Assembly (NCBI RefSeq): GCF_964355755.1
Contig: NC_092671.1
Location: 20,336,001 to 20,400,000, forward strand
Source: Antedon mediterranea
Lineage: Eukaryota; Animalia; Echinodermata
DNA: 64,000 nucleotides
Direction: 5' to 3'
Below, in pieces: positions 25,761 to 37,704 of the stretch; position 1 is the stretch's first letter; every line of letters starts with the position of its first letter. Under the pieces are notes generated by a model. That model was given only the letters and a program-made list of their open reading frames with translations. It was not told where the DNA came from and did not search any database. Both the position numbers and the translations under genes were made by a program.

Positions 25761-26722
25761 TTTTTTCCGTTCTCTTTCCATAAACCTAAGTTGTTCATAG
25801 GCTCCTTCTAACTGAATATGTAGATCTGTTGACAAACTGGGTTTTCTTAAGAACTGATTCATATACTGGCCAGCATATGGAAATCCAGTTTGCACATTAT
25901 GGTGCACATCATACATGTGAACATTTGACTGATGCAAAATTGGGCTGTTGATATGATGATTGTAAAATTGTTGAGATGCCGGCATTTCTGGATTAACATC
26001 AACTTGATTATAATGTTTGCTTTGTTTTTGCAGTGGCATGAAAGAATGATATTGTGGCTGAGTGAGCCTTACTGCTGGAAAATTTGGCATAGACAAGGAG
26101 TGTTCATCAGACAATTGCTGTCTAGTTTCAAACACATGTTGCATATTATTGTAATATTTATCTTGAATGTAGGAATCCCTGTTTTCAAAATTGCCAGACA
26201 TTCTTTCAGTAGGTAATACCTTTGTGTGGTAAAGTTTGTCAAATCTGGAATTACTGGCAGTACTGTACATTTGACTAAAATTCGAGCCATTCATAGGTGA
26301 AAAGGAATGTGACAGTAATGCTTGGCTAGTATCTGAGACTGAGAATGATGACGAATCATATGTATTTGGAGAACTTGAACCAGTTGAAAATTCAACGGAA
26401 GGTTTTATTTTGAAAAACCTTTGATCATCACCATGGTGTGAGAAATTACTTTCCTGATTTGGCTTGTTTATGTCATGCTTATGGTCAACATTGGGATTGG
26501 TAGAAATATGTGATTCATTGATTGGTCTTCCATATACGGAGGAAATAATACCATTTTCAAAATATCTGTCACTTATAATATTCAGTGCCTTTAACTTGTT
26601 AATAGCATCTTGTTGCATTGTAGAATCTGTAGATTTTAAATATGTTTTTCCAAAAACGTCTTGAAACAAACCTAAAGAGAATAGTTTAATAAAAATTGAT
26701 AAATCTGGAAACTTCATGTCTT
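25761..26722 (-). CDS. MEIOC: MEIOC large exon (S/Q/H-rich region and start of coiled coil LHIQLEGAYEQLRFMERERKK)
   Basis: ORF 25629-26717; tatacag acceptor and AAA|gtaagt donor; coiled-coil start resembles MEIOC LH..LE...EQ.R.LE.ERKK. Confidence 0.92.
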
Positions 26723-26910
26723 CTGTATAATATGATGAAAACTGTTGTTTATGACTGGATGAAACAAGAATTCATTCAAGGGGTTTCATACATTCTATAC
26801 AATAAAATTTGCAGTACAGATGAATGAATTCCTAATATACCAACACATTTTGAAGAGCACTAATCAAAGCCATCGGCCAGTAAATAATGATATTTAAAAT
26901 GTATAATTAC

Positions 26911-27077
26911 CTGGATTTGATTGATCTTGATGATCATATGTTGTACACTGGTGTTGAAACTGTGACGTGTTAAGTTTGCAAGATTCAGGAAGTTGGTTTG
27001 AAGGTAATTTTTCAGAAAAATTGAAATCATATCCATCAACAGTGGTACATTTAGAATTGCTACCTGAATGCTGAGTT
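26911..27077 (-). CDS. MEIOC: MEIOC internal exon
   Basis: ttttag acceptor (phase 2) and G|gtaatt donor (phase 1) match neighbours; open frame. Confidence 0.8.
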
Positions 27078-27149
27078 CTAAAAAAGTTGATTTTAAATAA
27101 CATTACAACATAAAGATTAATAGCCAATTCTTCTTATATATAAATTTAC

Positions 27150-27660
27150 ATATGGTATAGTAAGTTAGGGTACATACTTTCGGTACTGAATGTAAAAACC
27201 TGTTTACTACGTTTAGTTAGATAATTAGTTAAACGATTTTCCTCAAAAAGGGATGTTTTCCAAATGTGGTATAGGCCTACACTGTGTAATGGTTGTCAAT
27301 GCTGAAACATACACGCACACAATAATACAAGGATGCTTCCAATTAATTGCCTATCTCCTGCAAAAATTCTTTTGCTAAAAACCGGTTAACAGCTCAAGTA
27401 CAGCATCATAATGTTGAAGACAGAAATACTACTACTTTTAATAGATTTCAATATACGTTTTTACCAGGGAAGAGCTTCCCTGGTTTTTCCAAACGTATTG
27501 CTTTGCAATGAATTCTCTTTCAAGTTTCAATACACTCATAACAGAAATTCGATCCAGTTTTAAAATCTGTGACTGCAGAGGAGGTGGGAGAGGTATTTTA
27601 TGAGAGATATTGAGCTAGCGTTTTCGGTCACGGTATATACAATCAACTTATTACTGCAGT
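27150..27660 (+). repeat. Dispersed repeat shared with 50870-51450 and partly 14320-14400
   Basis: Shared blocks such as catactttcggtactga and aacagctc(a/g)agtacagcatcataatgttgaagacag. Confidence 0.7.
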
Positions 27661-27782
27661 GAACTTGATAAGTTTTGAACCGTAGAATTTATTCCACTCA
27701 CATCAAATGCTTTAAATGAATTTTAAAGTGCATTAAATTGAAGCACGAGAGACGCAAATTTATTTTAATGACTTTAACCTAC

Positions 27783-28033
27783 CTATCATAAAATGAGTAG
27801 TTAGGATTTAATACTGCTTTGATAGGCCTACCATCGTTTTCATCTGGCTTGGTAGTTGCCCCTTCATCAATTATCTGTGTTACAAGATCATCCAATCCAC
27901 CAAATTCATCATAGAAACTAGTCTTAGCAGATTTACACACATCAGCATTTCCATATACTTCATCTTGGTTATTGGCAGACCATGGAGTGAACAAATTACA
28001 GTGACCTCCAAGGCCCTGTCCAGCCTCATGTTT
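27783..28033 (-). CDS. MEIOC: MEIOC N-terminal region exon (KHEAG...NLFTPWSANN...LDDLVTQIIDE)
   Basis: tttgtag acceptor, AG|gtaggt donor; LFTPWS resembles the recalled N-terminal LYAPWS motif. Confidence 0.8.
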
Positions 28034-29019
28034 CTACAAAAAAATGCAGCAGATACACAGTACAGTGAACTATTTAAACACTGTACTACTAACTTAGTCC
28101 GGTGGCAGGAGGGGGAATATCACCACCCGAAAGGGGACAAATTGCCATCCAACTTTTCTAGACCAGAATTTTCCGTAGATTACAAATATGGAAGGTAATC
28201 GATCAGGATAGGAAGCGTTTTCGAGATATAAGGGGTCAAAGTTAAAAATTGACCAATATAAAAACATGCTATATCTCTGGTAATTCTGGACGTAGTGAGA
28301 TAATTTTGGTGTCAAATTGTTCACAATGTATATATTTATATTAGCTCTAACAGAACTTTCTTTTTAAAATTGACCAGAAACCCCATTGTTAGCAATTTTG
28401 ACCTTTGACCTATTTTGCTATATCTAAGTAACAGCAGGTCGGAGAGAATTAAAAATAGGAGCAAATTGTTACAAAGATATACATATTCAGTGTAACAGAT
28501 GATATTGCTTGAAAATGACCGGAAGTGTGGTTATTAACCTTTGACATAATTGAATAAGGTTATAAAAACATTAACAAAAAAAACAAAAAAAATAATAAAT
28601 ATTTGTCGTAAGGAGCCAATTTTGGTGTCAAATTGTTCACAATATATATGTTTATACTTGCCATAATGCAACATTTTTTTCAAAAAGTGACTGAAACACC
28701 TATTTTTCTGTAATTTTAACCTTTGATCTGTTTTTCTCATCTAATTAACGACATGGCATAGAGATTTCTAACTGCAAATTGTTTATAATAGATATTTTTA
28801 TTCAATCTAATAGATTATACTGTTTGAAAAATACAAGTGTGATTATTGCTTTGAAATCCTGTACATAAGAGCCTATCAGGGCGGATTTATTTCAAAGAGG
28901 TGTGGAAGGGGAATAATACTATTACTATACAGTACAATGTCTTTCAGAAATATTTGAGCAATTTCATTCAGGTATCCATGTATCTCCAATAAACGGAATG
29001 TACGGCTCATAGAGAATTC

Positions 29020-30380
29020 AGAAGTTACCCTTGGTTCATTTTGGCAAATCCATATGGGTTCCTTTTAAAAGGATTGAGGGTGCACAGACAGGCTTTTCCC
29101 ATGGCTTAATATTGGAACCTACAGTTTTAGTTACACGATATATTTCTAACACAGTAACTTATGAAGCCAAATGCATTGATCCGATACAGGGGCCAAATGT
29201 AGAACTGAACATACAGTAGAGAACCACAGAAGGGTCTAAATAGATGCCCTGCTGTTGTTTCATTTTAGGCAAAATCCAAATCGGTTTCTTAAGGATCGAG
29301 AGTGCACAGGCAGCTGTATTCCATGTGCCTGTCTATATAAACCCACATTGTCACCCCTTATATTTCCATTATGAGGCTTAATGTCCATGGATGACCGGCC
29401 CTTGGGTTAATTTGGGCAAATCCATAAGTGTTCCTTAAGGATCGAGAGTGCAAGGCAGCTTTATTCCATGGGCCCCGCCTGTCTATTATGAACCCACAGT
29501 GTCACCCCTTATATGTCCATTATGGGGCTTAATATCCATCCATGGAGGGCCGGCCTTTGGGGGTTAATTTGGGCAAATCCATAAGTGTTCCTTAAGGATC
29601 GAGAGTGCAAGGCAGCTTTATTCCATGGGCCCCGCCTGTCTATTATAAACCCACAGTGTCACCCATTATATTTCCATTATTGGGCTTAATGTCCATCCAT
29701 GGAGGACCGGCCCTTGGGTTAATTTGGGCAAATCCATAAGTGTTCCTTAAGGATCGAGAGTGCACAGGCAACTTTATTCCATGGTTCTGCCTGTCTATAT
29801 AAACCCACAGTGTCACCCATTATATTTCCATTATGGGGCTTAATGTCCATGGAGGACCGGCCCTTGGGTTAATTTGGGCAAATCAATACATTTTCCTTAA
29901 GGGTCGAGAGTTCACAGGCAGCTTTATTCCATGGGCCGCGCCTGTCTATATGAACTCACAGAGTCACCCCTTATATTTCCATTATGGGGCTTAATGTCCA
30001 TCCATGGAGAACGACCGGCCCTTGGGTTAATTTGGGCAAATCCATAAAATGTTCCTTATGGATGATCGAGGGTGTACAGGGATATTTATTATATCTCTAT
30101 GAACCCACATTTTCACCCCACATACATTATTTCCAATGGTCTCTTGTAGTCCCACATAGAGAACCCCGAAAGGTCCATGAAGGATCGGCCCTTGGGTTCA
30201 TTTGGGCAAATCCATAAATGTTATTTAAAGATTGAAGGTGCACATTTAGTTTTATTCCATAGTTCATCTATGAACTATTTACCCCATATTAATTTCTAAT
30301 ACAGGGCCTTATGTAGCACACCACATAGAGATCCCAAAAGGGTCCTTAGAGGGTTCATTCGGGCAAATCCATATGGGTTA
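29020..30380. repeat. Minisatellite, about 150-170 bp unit, about 9 copies
   Basis: Marker cttgggttaatttgggcaaatcc near 29401, 29560, 29713, 29863, 30021, 30191, with degenerate outer copies. Confidence 0.85.
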
Positions 30381-31079
30381 TTTTAGAATCCTTTGTGTAC
30401 AGGAAACTCTTTCCTGTATGGGCCAAACTATCTGTGGCTATATAAAAATTGTGGTCTGTCTGTGTAGCGAGTTGTGGATTGAGTTTGGCCACCTGGATCT
30501 GCCTATGCCCTATCCTGTACGAATTGGTATTCTCTGGTTCTGATGAATAGTAGTTTATTTTCAAAAAACGAATATTGTAGCCCTAATAAATGCAACTGTA
30601 TAGTGGCAAATCATTGAAGGTCAGCGCCACATTTTAACATCATAACATTTTAATCGTCATAATATTAATTTTATTATTTATTTTACAGTATTATATTAAA
30701 ACATTTAAAATAATGTGCACTAGAAAAAATATAAAAATACCATAACTTCACTGATCAAATAACGTGATTACATTGATCTCATAGTTTGAATAACTTTGCA
30801 TTATTTAGTATATCATTTGTTCAAATGTTGACCTTTGACCTATGTCAACTTGTGTAATGATAAATGTGCTCTTTTGATTGTGTATGATTGATAGATGTCT
30901 TAACAGAATGATAAAACATAACATTTTGTCTTAAATGTTAGTTTTTTTTTGGTTTTAAATGCAAATTGTGTGATTGGTCAATATTGACATTTGACCTTTA
31001 ATTGCAAAGTATTTGTTTTATAAGGCGACTGAATAACACCATACAATACCTATAACCATACAATAATACTAACTCCAAT

Positions 31080-32852
31080 AATTATACTAGTAACACTTCA
31101 GAAAATTGTTTTGCGGGTAACAAATTTGAATTTGATCTTCTTACCCCTGATTACATTTTTAACCAGTTATGTACATTGTCACCTAATAAAGCTATGGGTG
31201 TTGATAACTTTGATTGCAAACTTCTTAAACTAGCTGCTCCGATAATTTGTGACTCACTCTCATATATTTGTAATCTTTCTATGTTCAGTTCTAGATTTCC
31301 AGATGAATGGAAACTAGCTAAGGTAACACCTGTATATAAAGATGGGGATATGTCAGACCCTTATAATTACCGCCCAATTTCCGTTTTACCCATACTTTCA
31401 AAACTCTTAGAACGTGCTGTGCATGATCAATTATACTTGTATTTAAGAACTAACAACCTTATTAATCCCTCCCAATCTGGCTTTAGAAAAGGTCACTCTA
31501 CAGAAACTACTCTTTTAGATGTAACTGATTATATTTTAGATAACTTTGATAAAGGTATTTCTTCTGCTGCTTTATTTCTTGACTTGAAGAAAGCATTGAT
31601 ACAGTTAACCATGAAATATTACTTACCAAATTAAGGAATTATGGCTTAAATGATATTGCACTTCACTGGTTTAAATCATATTTAAGTGGACGATCTCAAG
31701 TTGTTTGTATAAATTCAACAAAATCTGAAACCATGAATGTTAATATTGGTGTCCCACAAGGATCAATACTGGGACCTTTACTATTTATTTTATACTTAAA
31801 TTCACTTCCTGATTTTTTATCTTGTAAATGTGTGATGTATGCAGATGATACAACACTCTTACGTAGTTCATCTGACCCTTTAATACTTCAGAATCAACTC
31901 AATATCAATCTAAACAAAATTATAGAATGGTTTGACCATAATCAACTCACACTAAATCTTAATAAGACCAAGCTTATGGTTTTCAGCACAAATCAGAAAA
32001 CGGCAACATTTAAGAATATAACTTTACTTCATAATAATGATACTATTGAAAGAGTTGATTCTTTTAAGTATTTAGGTGTCATGTTTGATCCTCAACTAAA
32101 TTGGAAGGAACATATAGACAAAATGTCTTGTAATATAGCTAAACGTATCGGTGTGATTCGTCGTATTAAGATGTATCTTCCTATGTATACTTTAAAAATG
32201 TTAGCAAATGCTTTAATTATTCCATTATTTGATTATTGTTGCTGTGTTTGGTCCAATTGTAACATAAGTTTTCCAGATTCTCTTCAGGTTTTAATCAACA
32301 GATTGGGTAGAATATTGTTATTTGTAGACATGTATACCCCTATTAATGATATCTTAAGTACTCTTGGATGGAGTAGACTTACAGAAAAATGGAATGAAAA
32401 TATTCTTATAATGCTATTTAAATGTTTAAAAGAAATAGCTCCAAGATACTTAACAATATTATTTCAATTTACTGTAGATAACCATAATAAATGCACCCGC
32501 TCCCAAAGTAATAATGACTTATCTATTCCATTATGGAATAACTCTCAGGGTAAAAGAACTTTTGTTTATAGATCAACTAAATTATGGAATTCTCTACCAA
32601 ATAACATAAAATCAGAACTGCATAATATGTCTTTGGCAACTTTTAAATCTTCACTATAGAAAACATATATGTATTAACCTTTTTGCCTTCACAATTGTAA
32701 ATAGTTTTATATCTGTTTTCTTTCCTTTTGTTTTTCTTGTTATTTTATTTTTGTTGTAAATATGTTTACTGAACCACTTTGGAAATCAGTACATTTGTAT
32801 AGAAAGTGTATTTCAGTTTAAAGAAAGAAGAAATAAATAAATAAATAATAAA
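31080..32852 (+). mobile_element. 5'-truncated L2/CR1-group (Crack-like) LINE, RT domain with one frameshift
   Basis: KAMGVD, NYRPISVLPILSKLLER, QSGFRKGHST, FLDLKKA/DTVNH (frameshift near 31596), GVPQGSILGPLLF, YADD, KYLG; (AAAT)n tail near 32830-32850. Confidence 0.93.
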
Positions 32853-33627
32853 ATGTATTAAAAGACCAAATTGAACTTTAATAAATTGGTTATATAATTG
32901 GTCAATTTTGAACTTTGACCCCTTATCTCTTCCTATTCGCTTCCTATCCTGATCGAAGTCTGATTTGATTAAATACAGTATTATTATTATATTATTATTA
33001 ATCAAAATTATAATGAAATAACATAACTTTACTAATCAAATAATTTGATTACTTGTAAAACCATCAATATCATAGTTTGGACAACTTTGCATTTATTTGT
33101 TAACTAATACGCGTATTAAAATGTTGACCTTTGACCTTATGTCAACTGATGAAATTGACCTTATGTCAACTGATGAAATGATGTATTCGCTCTTTTACAT
33201 TGCGTATGATTGATTAACAGGATAAGAAAACATCCAATTTTTATTAAATATTAGTTTTTATTTGGTTTTATAGGTACGTTCTATGATTGGTCAATATTGA
33301 CATTTGACCCTTAATCACAAAGGATTTTGTTTTCATAAGGTGATTGAATAGACACTTATAATCATAAAAATGTAATAAAAGACCAAATTGTGCTTCAATA
33401 AATTTGTTATAATACATATACATAATACATTGTTGTAATTGGTCAATTTTGAACTTTGACCCCTTATATCTCGAAAACGCTTCCTATCCTGATCGATTAC
33501 CTTCCATATTCGTAATCTACGGAAAATTCTAGTCTAGAAAAGTTGGATGGCAATTTTCCCCCTTTCGGGTGGTGATTCCCCCCTCCTGCCACTGGACTAA
33601 CTGGTACTACAATACAAACAAACAAAA

Positions 33628-33932
33628 CTAAAGTTGCCCTTGTCGACATGGAACTCAACTCAACTGTGTCGACATAAGCGCTCCGAGCAACTGAACGCAA
33701 CTGATAGCAACTGATATGCACACCTGTCAACATAAGCTAGTTCCTTTCAGTTCCTTTCAGTTGCTCATGTTCTATTTTTCTGGAACTGGAAGGAACTCAA
33801 TGCAACTAAGATTTTTACGACTCAAGCTCGTTCAGTTCCATGTCGACATAAGCTCTCTTGTGCAACTAGGCCTAGGCTAGTTCCTTTCACTTTCAGTTGA
33901 GTTGGGTTCTAACAACATAAGGGCACCTTTAA
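33628..33932. mobile_element. MITE with internal ggaact/agttcc repeats
   Basis: Imperfect TIRs taaagttgccctt...gaactcaactcaactg vs cagttgagttgggttc...aagggcaccttta. Confidence 0.55.
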
Positions 33933-33939
33933 AAACATG

Positions 33940-34680
33940 TCTAGGCTATTAGACTAGGCCTAGAGGCTAGTCAGACCAAACCTACTACCTACAGTAGGAC
34001 TAAGGTCTAGCCTAGGCCAGCTTTAGTGTAGCCAAGGCTAGCTATCTAGACTTAGGCCTACTCCTAGCTAGCTAGGTGGCTAGAGCCTAGGACTCTACTC
34101 CTAAGCTACGCCTAGTAGCTAGCTAGTCTAGTAGGTGAGTACTACTAGGCCTAGGCCTAACTAGGCCTAGCCTAGGGCCAGGCCTAACTAAAGCTCTAGC
34201 TAGCTAACTCTAAGGTCTAGGCCTAGATAGGCTAGCTAGGCCTAGCCTATATGCTAAACCCTCATCATAATATAATAGAGGCCGCGCTACTAGCCTAGGC
34301 CTACCTAGCTAGGGCCTATAGCCTTTCATTTTTTAGTAGGCCGGCCCTCCTCATCTCTAGGCCTAGGGCCTAGTAAGCCTACTAGCCTAGGCCCTAGTCT
34401 AGAGCCTAGCTACTAGGCTAGGCTAGTCCTAGCTAGGCTAGATAGAGGCCAGGCCTACCTACTATTGACCTCATTTTTGGAAATTATAGACATATAGGCC
34501 TCGAGAGGCTAGCCTGGAGAGTAGGGCCGCCTAGGCCTAGCTAGTACTGTAGGCCCCTAGCTAGGGCCAGGCCTACTACCCTAGGCCTAGCCTAGGCTTA
34601 GCTAGCTAGGCCTAGGCCTAGGTAGGCCTAGCCTCTAGGGCCTAGCCTAGGCTAGGCCTAGGCCTACCTAGGGGCTATTA
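33940..34680. repeat. TAGGCCTA/CTAG low-complexity tract
   Basis: Dense irregular concatenation of taggccta, ctag and agct words. Confidence 0.9.
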
Positions 34681-34717
34681 ATTACAAAGTCAGATATGCA
34701 ATAAGGCTACAATTTAC

Positions 34718-34738
34718 CGGATTTAATTTGTTTACCAT
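34718..34738 (-). CDS. MEIOC: Candidate MEIOC first coding exon (MVNKLNP)
   Basis: ATG at 34738 with phase-0 donor CCG|gtaaat compatible with the acceptor at 28033; near a CpG-rich patch at 35130-35210. Inference only. Confidence 0.35.
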
Positions 34739-36309
34739 CTTTCACTTTCCAGTTCTGGTAATACTAGGCCTAGGCTATAGTTAGGCCGGTAAGTAGAGTG
34801 TAGTTAGGCAGCTTGTGTGATGATGATGGGAGTTGAGAGGATTGGAAAAGAAACATAAAATAATATTATTTACTTTTTTACGCATCCCTCTGCCTCCTAC
34901 ACACACCCCACCTTTGATGGGTGTTGAATTTAATACAAGCTGTTTTTTACAATAGTAGGGCCTATGAACTGATAAAAGCACATTTGTTGTATTGTTTTAG
35001 TTAAAATATAAGTCACGTAAACCAATATTCTATCATTGTCGATGAATTTATTTTTCAATGCATCCATGGAGAGCGGGAGTACATCCTTTTGATTAAATAA
35101 CTTATCAGTCAGAAGACATATTCTGGCGTACGACGCACGATTACAACAAGCGGTCGTCGGCGCGCTGTTGTGTGGTTGAATTGTGTGTGGGCGCGCAACA
35201 GAGCCATTATAGGACAATAATCTTTCTAAATAAATTTAAAAGCAAAAGAAATGGATACAAATGGTAAAATGTAATAGTGAACGATGTTTTACATTACTTT
35301 AAAAGATTAAATACAAGGAAGTCAATTATTCGTTAAATTTAACTGTATACCTTGTCTTTTTTATAAGCAAAATAATTTTTTTTTTGTTGGGCAAAAGTGA
35401 CACTAACTATAAAATGACACGATTGAAAGTTTGATTTTATTCATCTTTATTTGTTATGTTTTTTGTTTTGATAATACTTTAATTAATCTATGTTAGTAGT
35501 AACACAATTTAGTTTTGTCATGTCCAGCAGTGTAAATGATAAATCCAAAAGTATATTTAACACATACAAACTTATATAATAATGGCTCTGGTGGTGGGAA
35601 ACATACTATAGCGCCGCCACGAAGTATCTTTGTTGGTTGTGTGGGGGTGATCGTGTCGTGTGCGGGTGGGGGTGGGGGGGGGGGGGGAGGGGTAGTGTGG
35701 CTCTCTGGTAGTTCTCCGAATTATCCACCACGCCGAGCCGCCGCATTGTTTTTCCTATTAGGTTAAGGCAGAAACTATAGAGGGCCTGACGGCAAACCAT
35801 GGAAATACAGTAGTTTTCACGCGGGGTATAGTAGCTGCTGCTGGTTAGATCCATCTCGGCCGGCCGCCGACAATCTCGGCCGCCGGATTAAAAAGCCGAA
35901 TTGTATGGCGCGCCACCGATGCTTGTATTGTGAATATACACAAGTAATACTGTAGTGTGTTTGCATACGCACTAATTAATAAATGAATACATTCATTAAT
36001 TAACTTTTAATTAATGTTTTAATAAATGTTTTTTTTTAATTTTAAGATTAAAATCGATTAGTAGTAGTGATATCAATTCATAGCCTAATGGACGAGGAAT
36101 AAAAATAGGCTACCTACAATATAAACAACTTTAAGTAAATATTTAAAAAAAAATTAAATCAATTTTACAGAAATTTTTATTTATTTATAAACATATTTCT
36201 ACTGGATAACAATATCAACGTTGTCCCACAAAACAAACAAAACAAAATATTCCATTTACAATTTCAATTTTAAGTATTAATTCGGTATAATTTGTTATAT
36301 TTTTTTAGC

Positions 36310-36470
36310 TGAATTCCTTCAGCAACACCTCAAAAACTTGAAAGACACGCTAAAGAAGTGCCTAATGATACGATCTGGGGCAGCTGCTACGTCTTTACCG
36401 CAATGCAAGTATTTTGAACAAATGAGATTTCTGCATAAAAAAACAGCCAACAAGCCAACTGTTAAGCTAC
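36310..36470 (+). pseudogene. Fragment of Harbinger-associated Myb/SANT(MADF)-like DNA-binding protein gene
   Basis: NLKDTLKKCL..RSGAAATSLPQCKYFEQMRFL resembles the C-terminal part of MADF domains; convergent to the Harbinger transposase; ttttag acceptor upstream. Confidence 0.6.
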
Positions 36471-36921
36471 AAGTAGTGGTACTACTAATATTCATTTTTA
36501 AAAAGTATTTTACAATTGGTCAATCTACACACTACATGCTGAAAGCAAGAAAATGCAAATCTGGTAACTAAATTGTAAGTTATTGGGAAAAATGTTACCC
36601 CCACTACCCCATAATATAATACATAGCATATTCATTTTTTGTTAATCTTTAACTTCAATTTTCTTGTTTATTGAGTCTGCTATTATGTTCATGAATAATA
36701 TCTATTCTATTTTTTTATTTAACTGGAAGTTATAAGTTTATATTAGAAAAAAAAAATCATTTTTTATTAAAGTTCAATTACCTTCTGACCTCTAATGGCG
36801 TCAATATCTGTTGGATTTACTTAGAAACGACATCGGAAGCCACTAATTTGATATAGTGTTCGAATCAACAGGAAGATGAAGTCGCTCTAATTTATTTTAG
36901 CATTTGACCGCCGAAGACTCA

Positions 36922-37302
36922 AGCGAGTGAGTGGCCGAGCGGTTAAGACAATGGAACCGTAATTACGTAACCATAACATCGGCAAGGGTTCGAGGCTCAC
37001 TCGCTCCATGGTTCTGGTGGTAGAACGAGTCTTCTCGGATAAGGACTATAAACCGTAGGTCCAGTGTACACATAGCTCATGCGCACTTTAAAGAACCTAG
37101 TACATCTTTCGAGACGAGTAGGGAGGGGGTTACCCCGGTGTACTACTCCACACAAACACAGCCACTGTCACACACAACCACTGTGCAAATTGGGACGGGA
37201 CCGTTTTAGAGGTGTTTACCACCTGTTGGTCCAGATCCTTCACTAACTGAGTTAGTGAGAAGTCAAATTAAAAAAATAAATAAATAAATAAATAAAAATA
37301 AA
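36922..37302 (+). mobile_element. tRNA-derived SINE with Deu/Nin-like central domain
   Basis: A-box tggccgagcgg, B-box ggttcgaggc, core ggataaggactataaaccgtaggtcc...gcactttaaagaacc, (AAAT)n tail. Confidence 0.8.
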
Positions 37303-37704
37303 ACAACGACTCGCTATAGTGAAAATAAGCCAATTGCTTTTTGATATAGAATTCGAGGAGACAGATTTAACAGAACTGTTACCATTTACAAATAATATTT
37401 AATGCCGGTACAAAAACCGTTATTTACATTTCAATTGAATCGGATAGAATAGTATAGGTCTACTGTAATTAAAACAAATAATTATTTTTTTAGTGTTTAT
37501 AGTAGAATGCAAATAAGTACTATACTGTATACGTCTATGAAAACCATTATTTACATTTTAATTAAATCGGATTGGATATAGTATACTGTAATTAAAACAA
37601 ATAATTATAGGCCCCTATAGTGCAAATAAGTATTACAGTATAGTGTACGTCCAGGGAGTTAACAACTCCCTGGTACGTCTACGACAACCGTTATTTACAT
37701 TTTA

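Larger units (their letters stand above)
28095..33599. mobile_element. Non-autonomous Academ-like DNA transposon (5.5 kb) upstream of the MEIOC 28033 exon, probably intronic
   Basis: About 160-bp TIRs (28095-28257 vs 33438-33599) starting TAGTCC(G/A)GTGGCAGG; 3-bp TSD ACT at 28092-28094 and 33600-33602. Confidence 0.8.

Noticed and set aside
29020-30380. CRISPR-like array (also considered for 60355-60685)
   Set aside because: Whole units repeat with no unique spacers; eukaryotic context; no cas genes.
27965-33733. Two short ORFs sharing HHPKG.KLPSNFSR.EFSVDY.YGR
   Set aside because: Artefact of translating the two TIRs of the Academ-like element.
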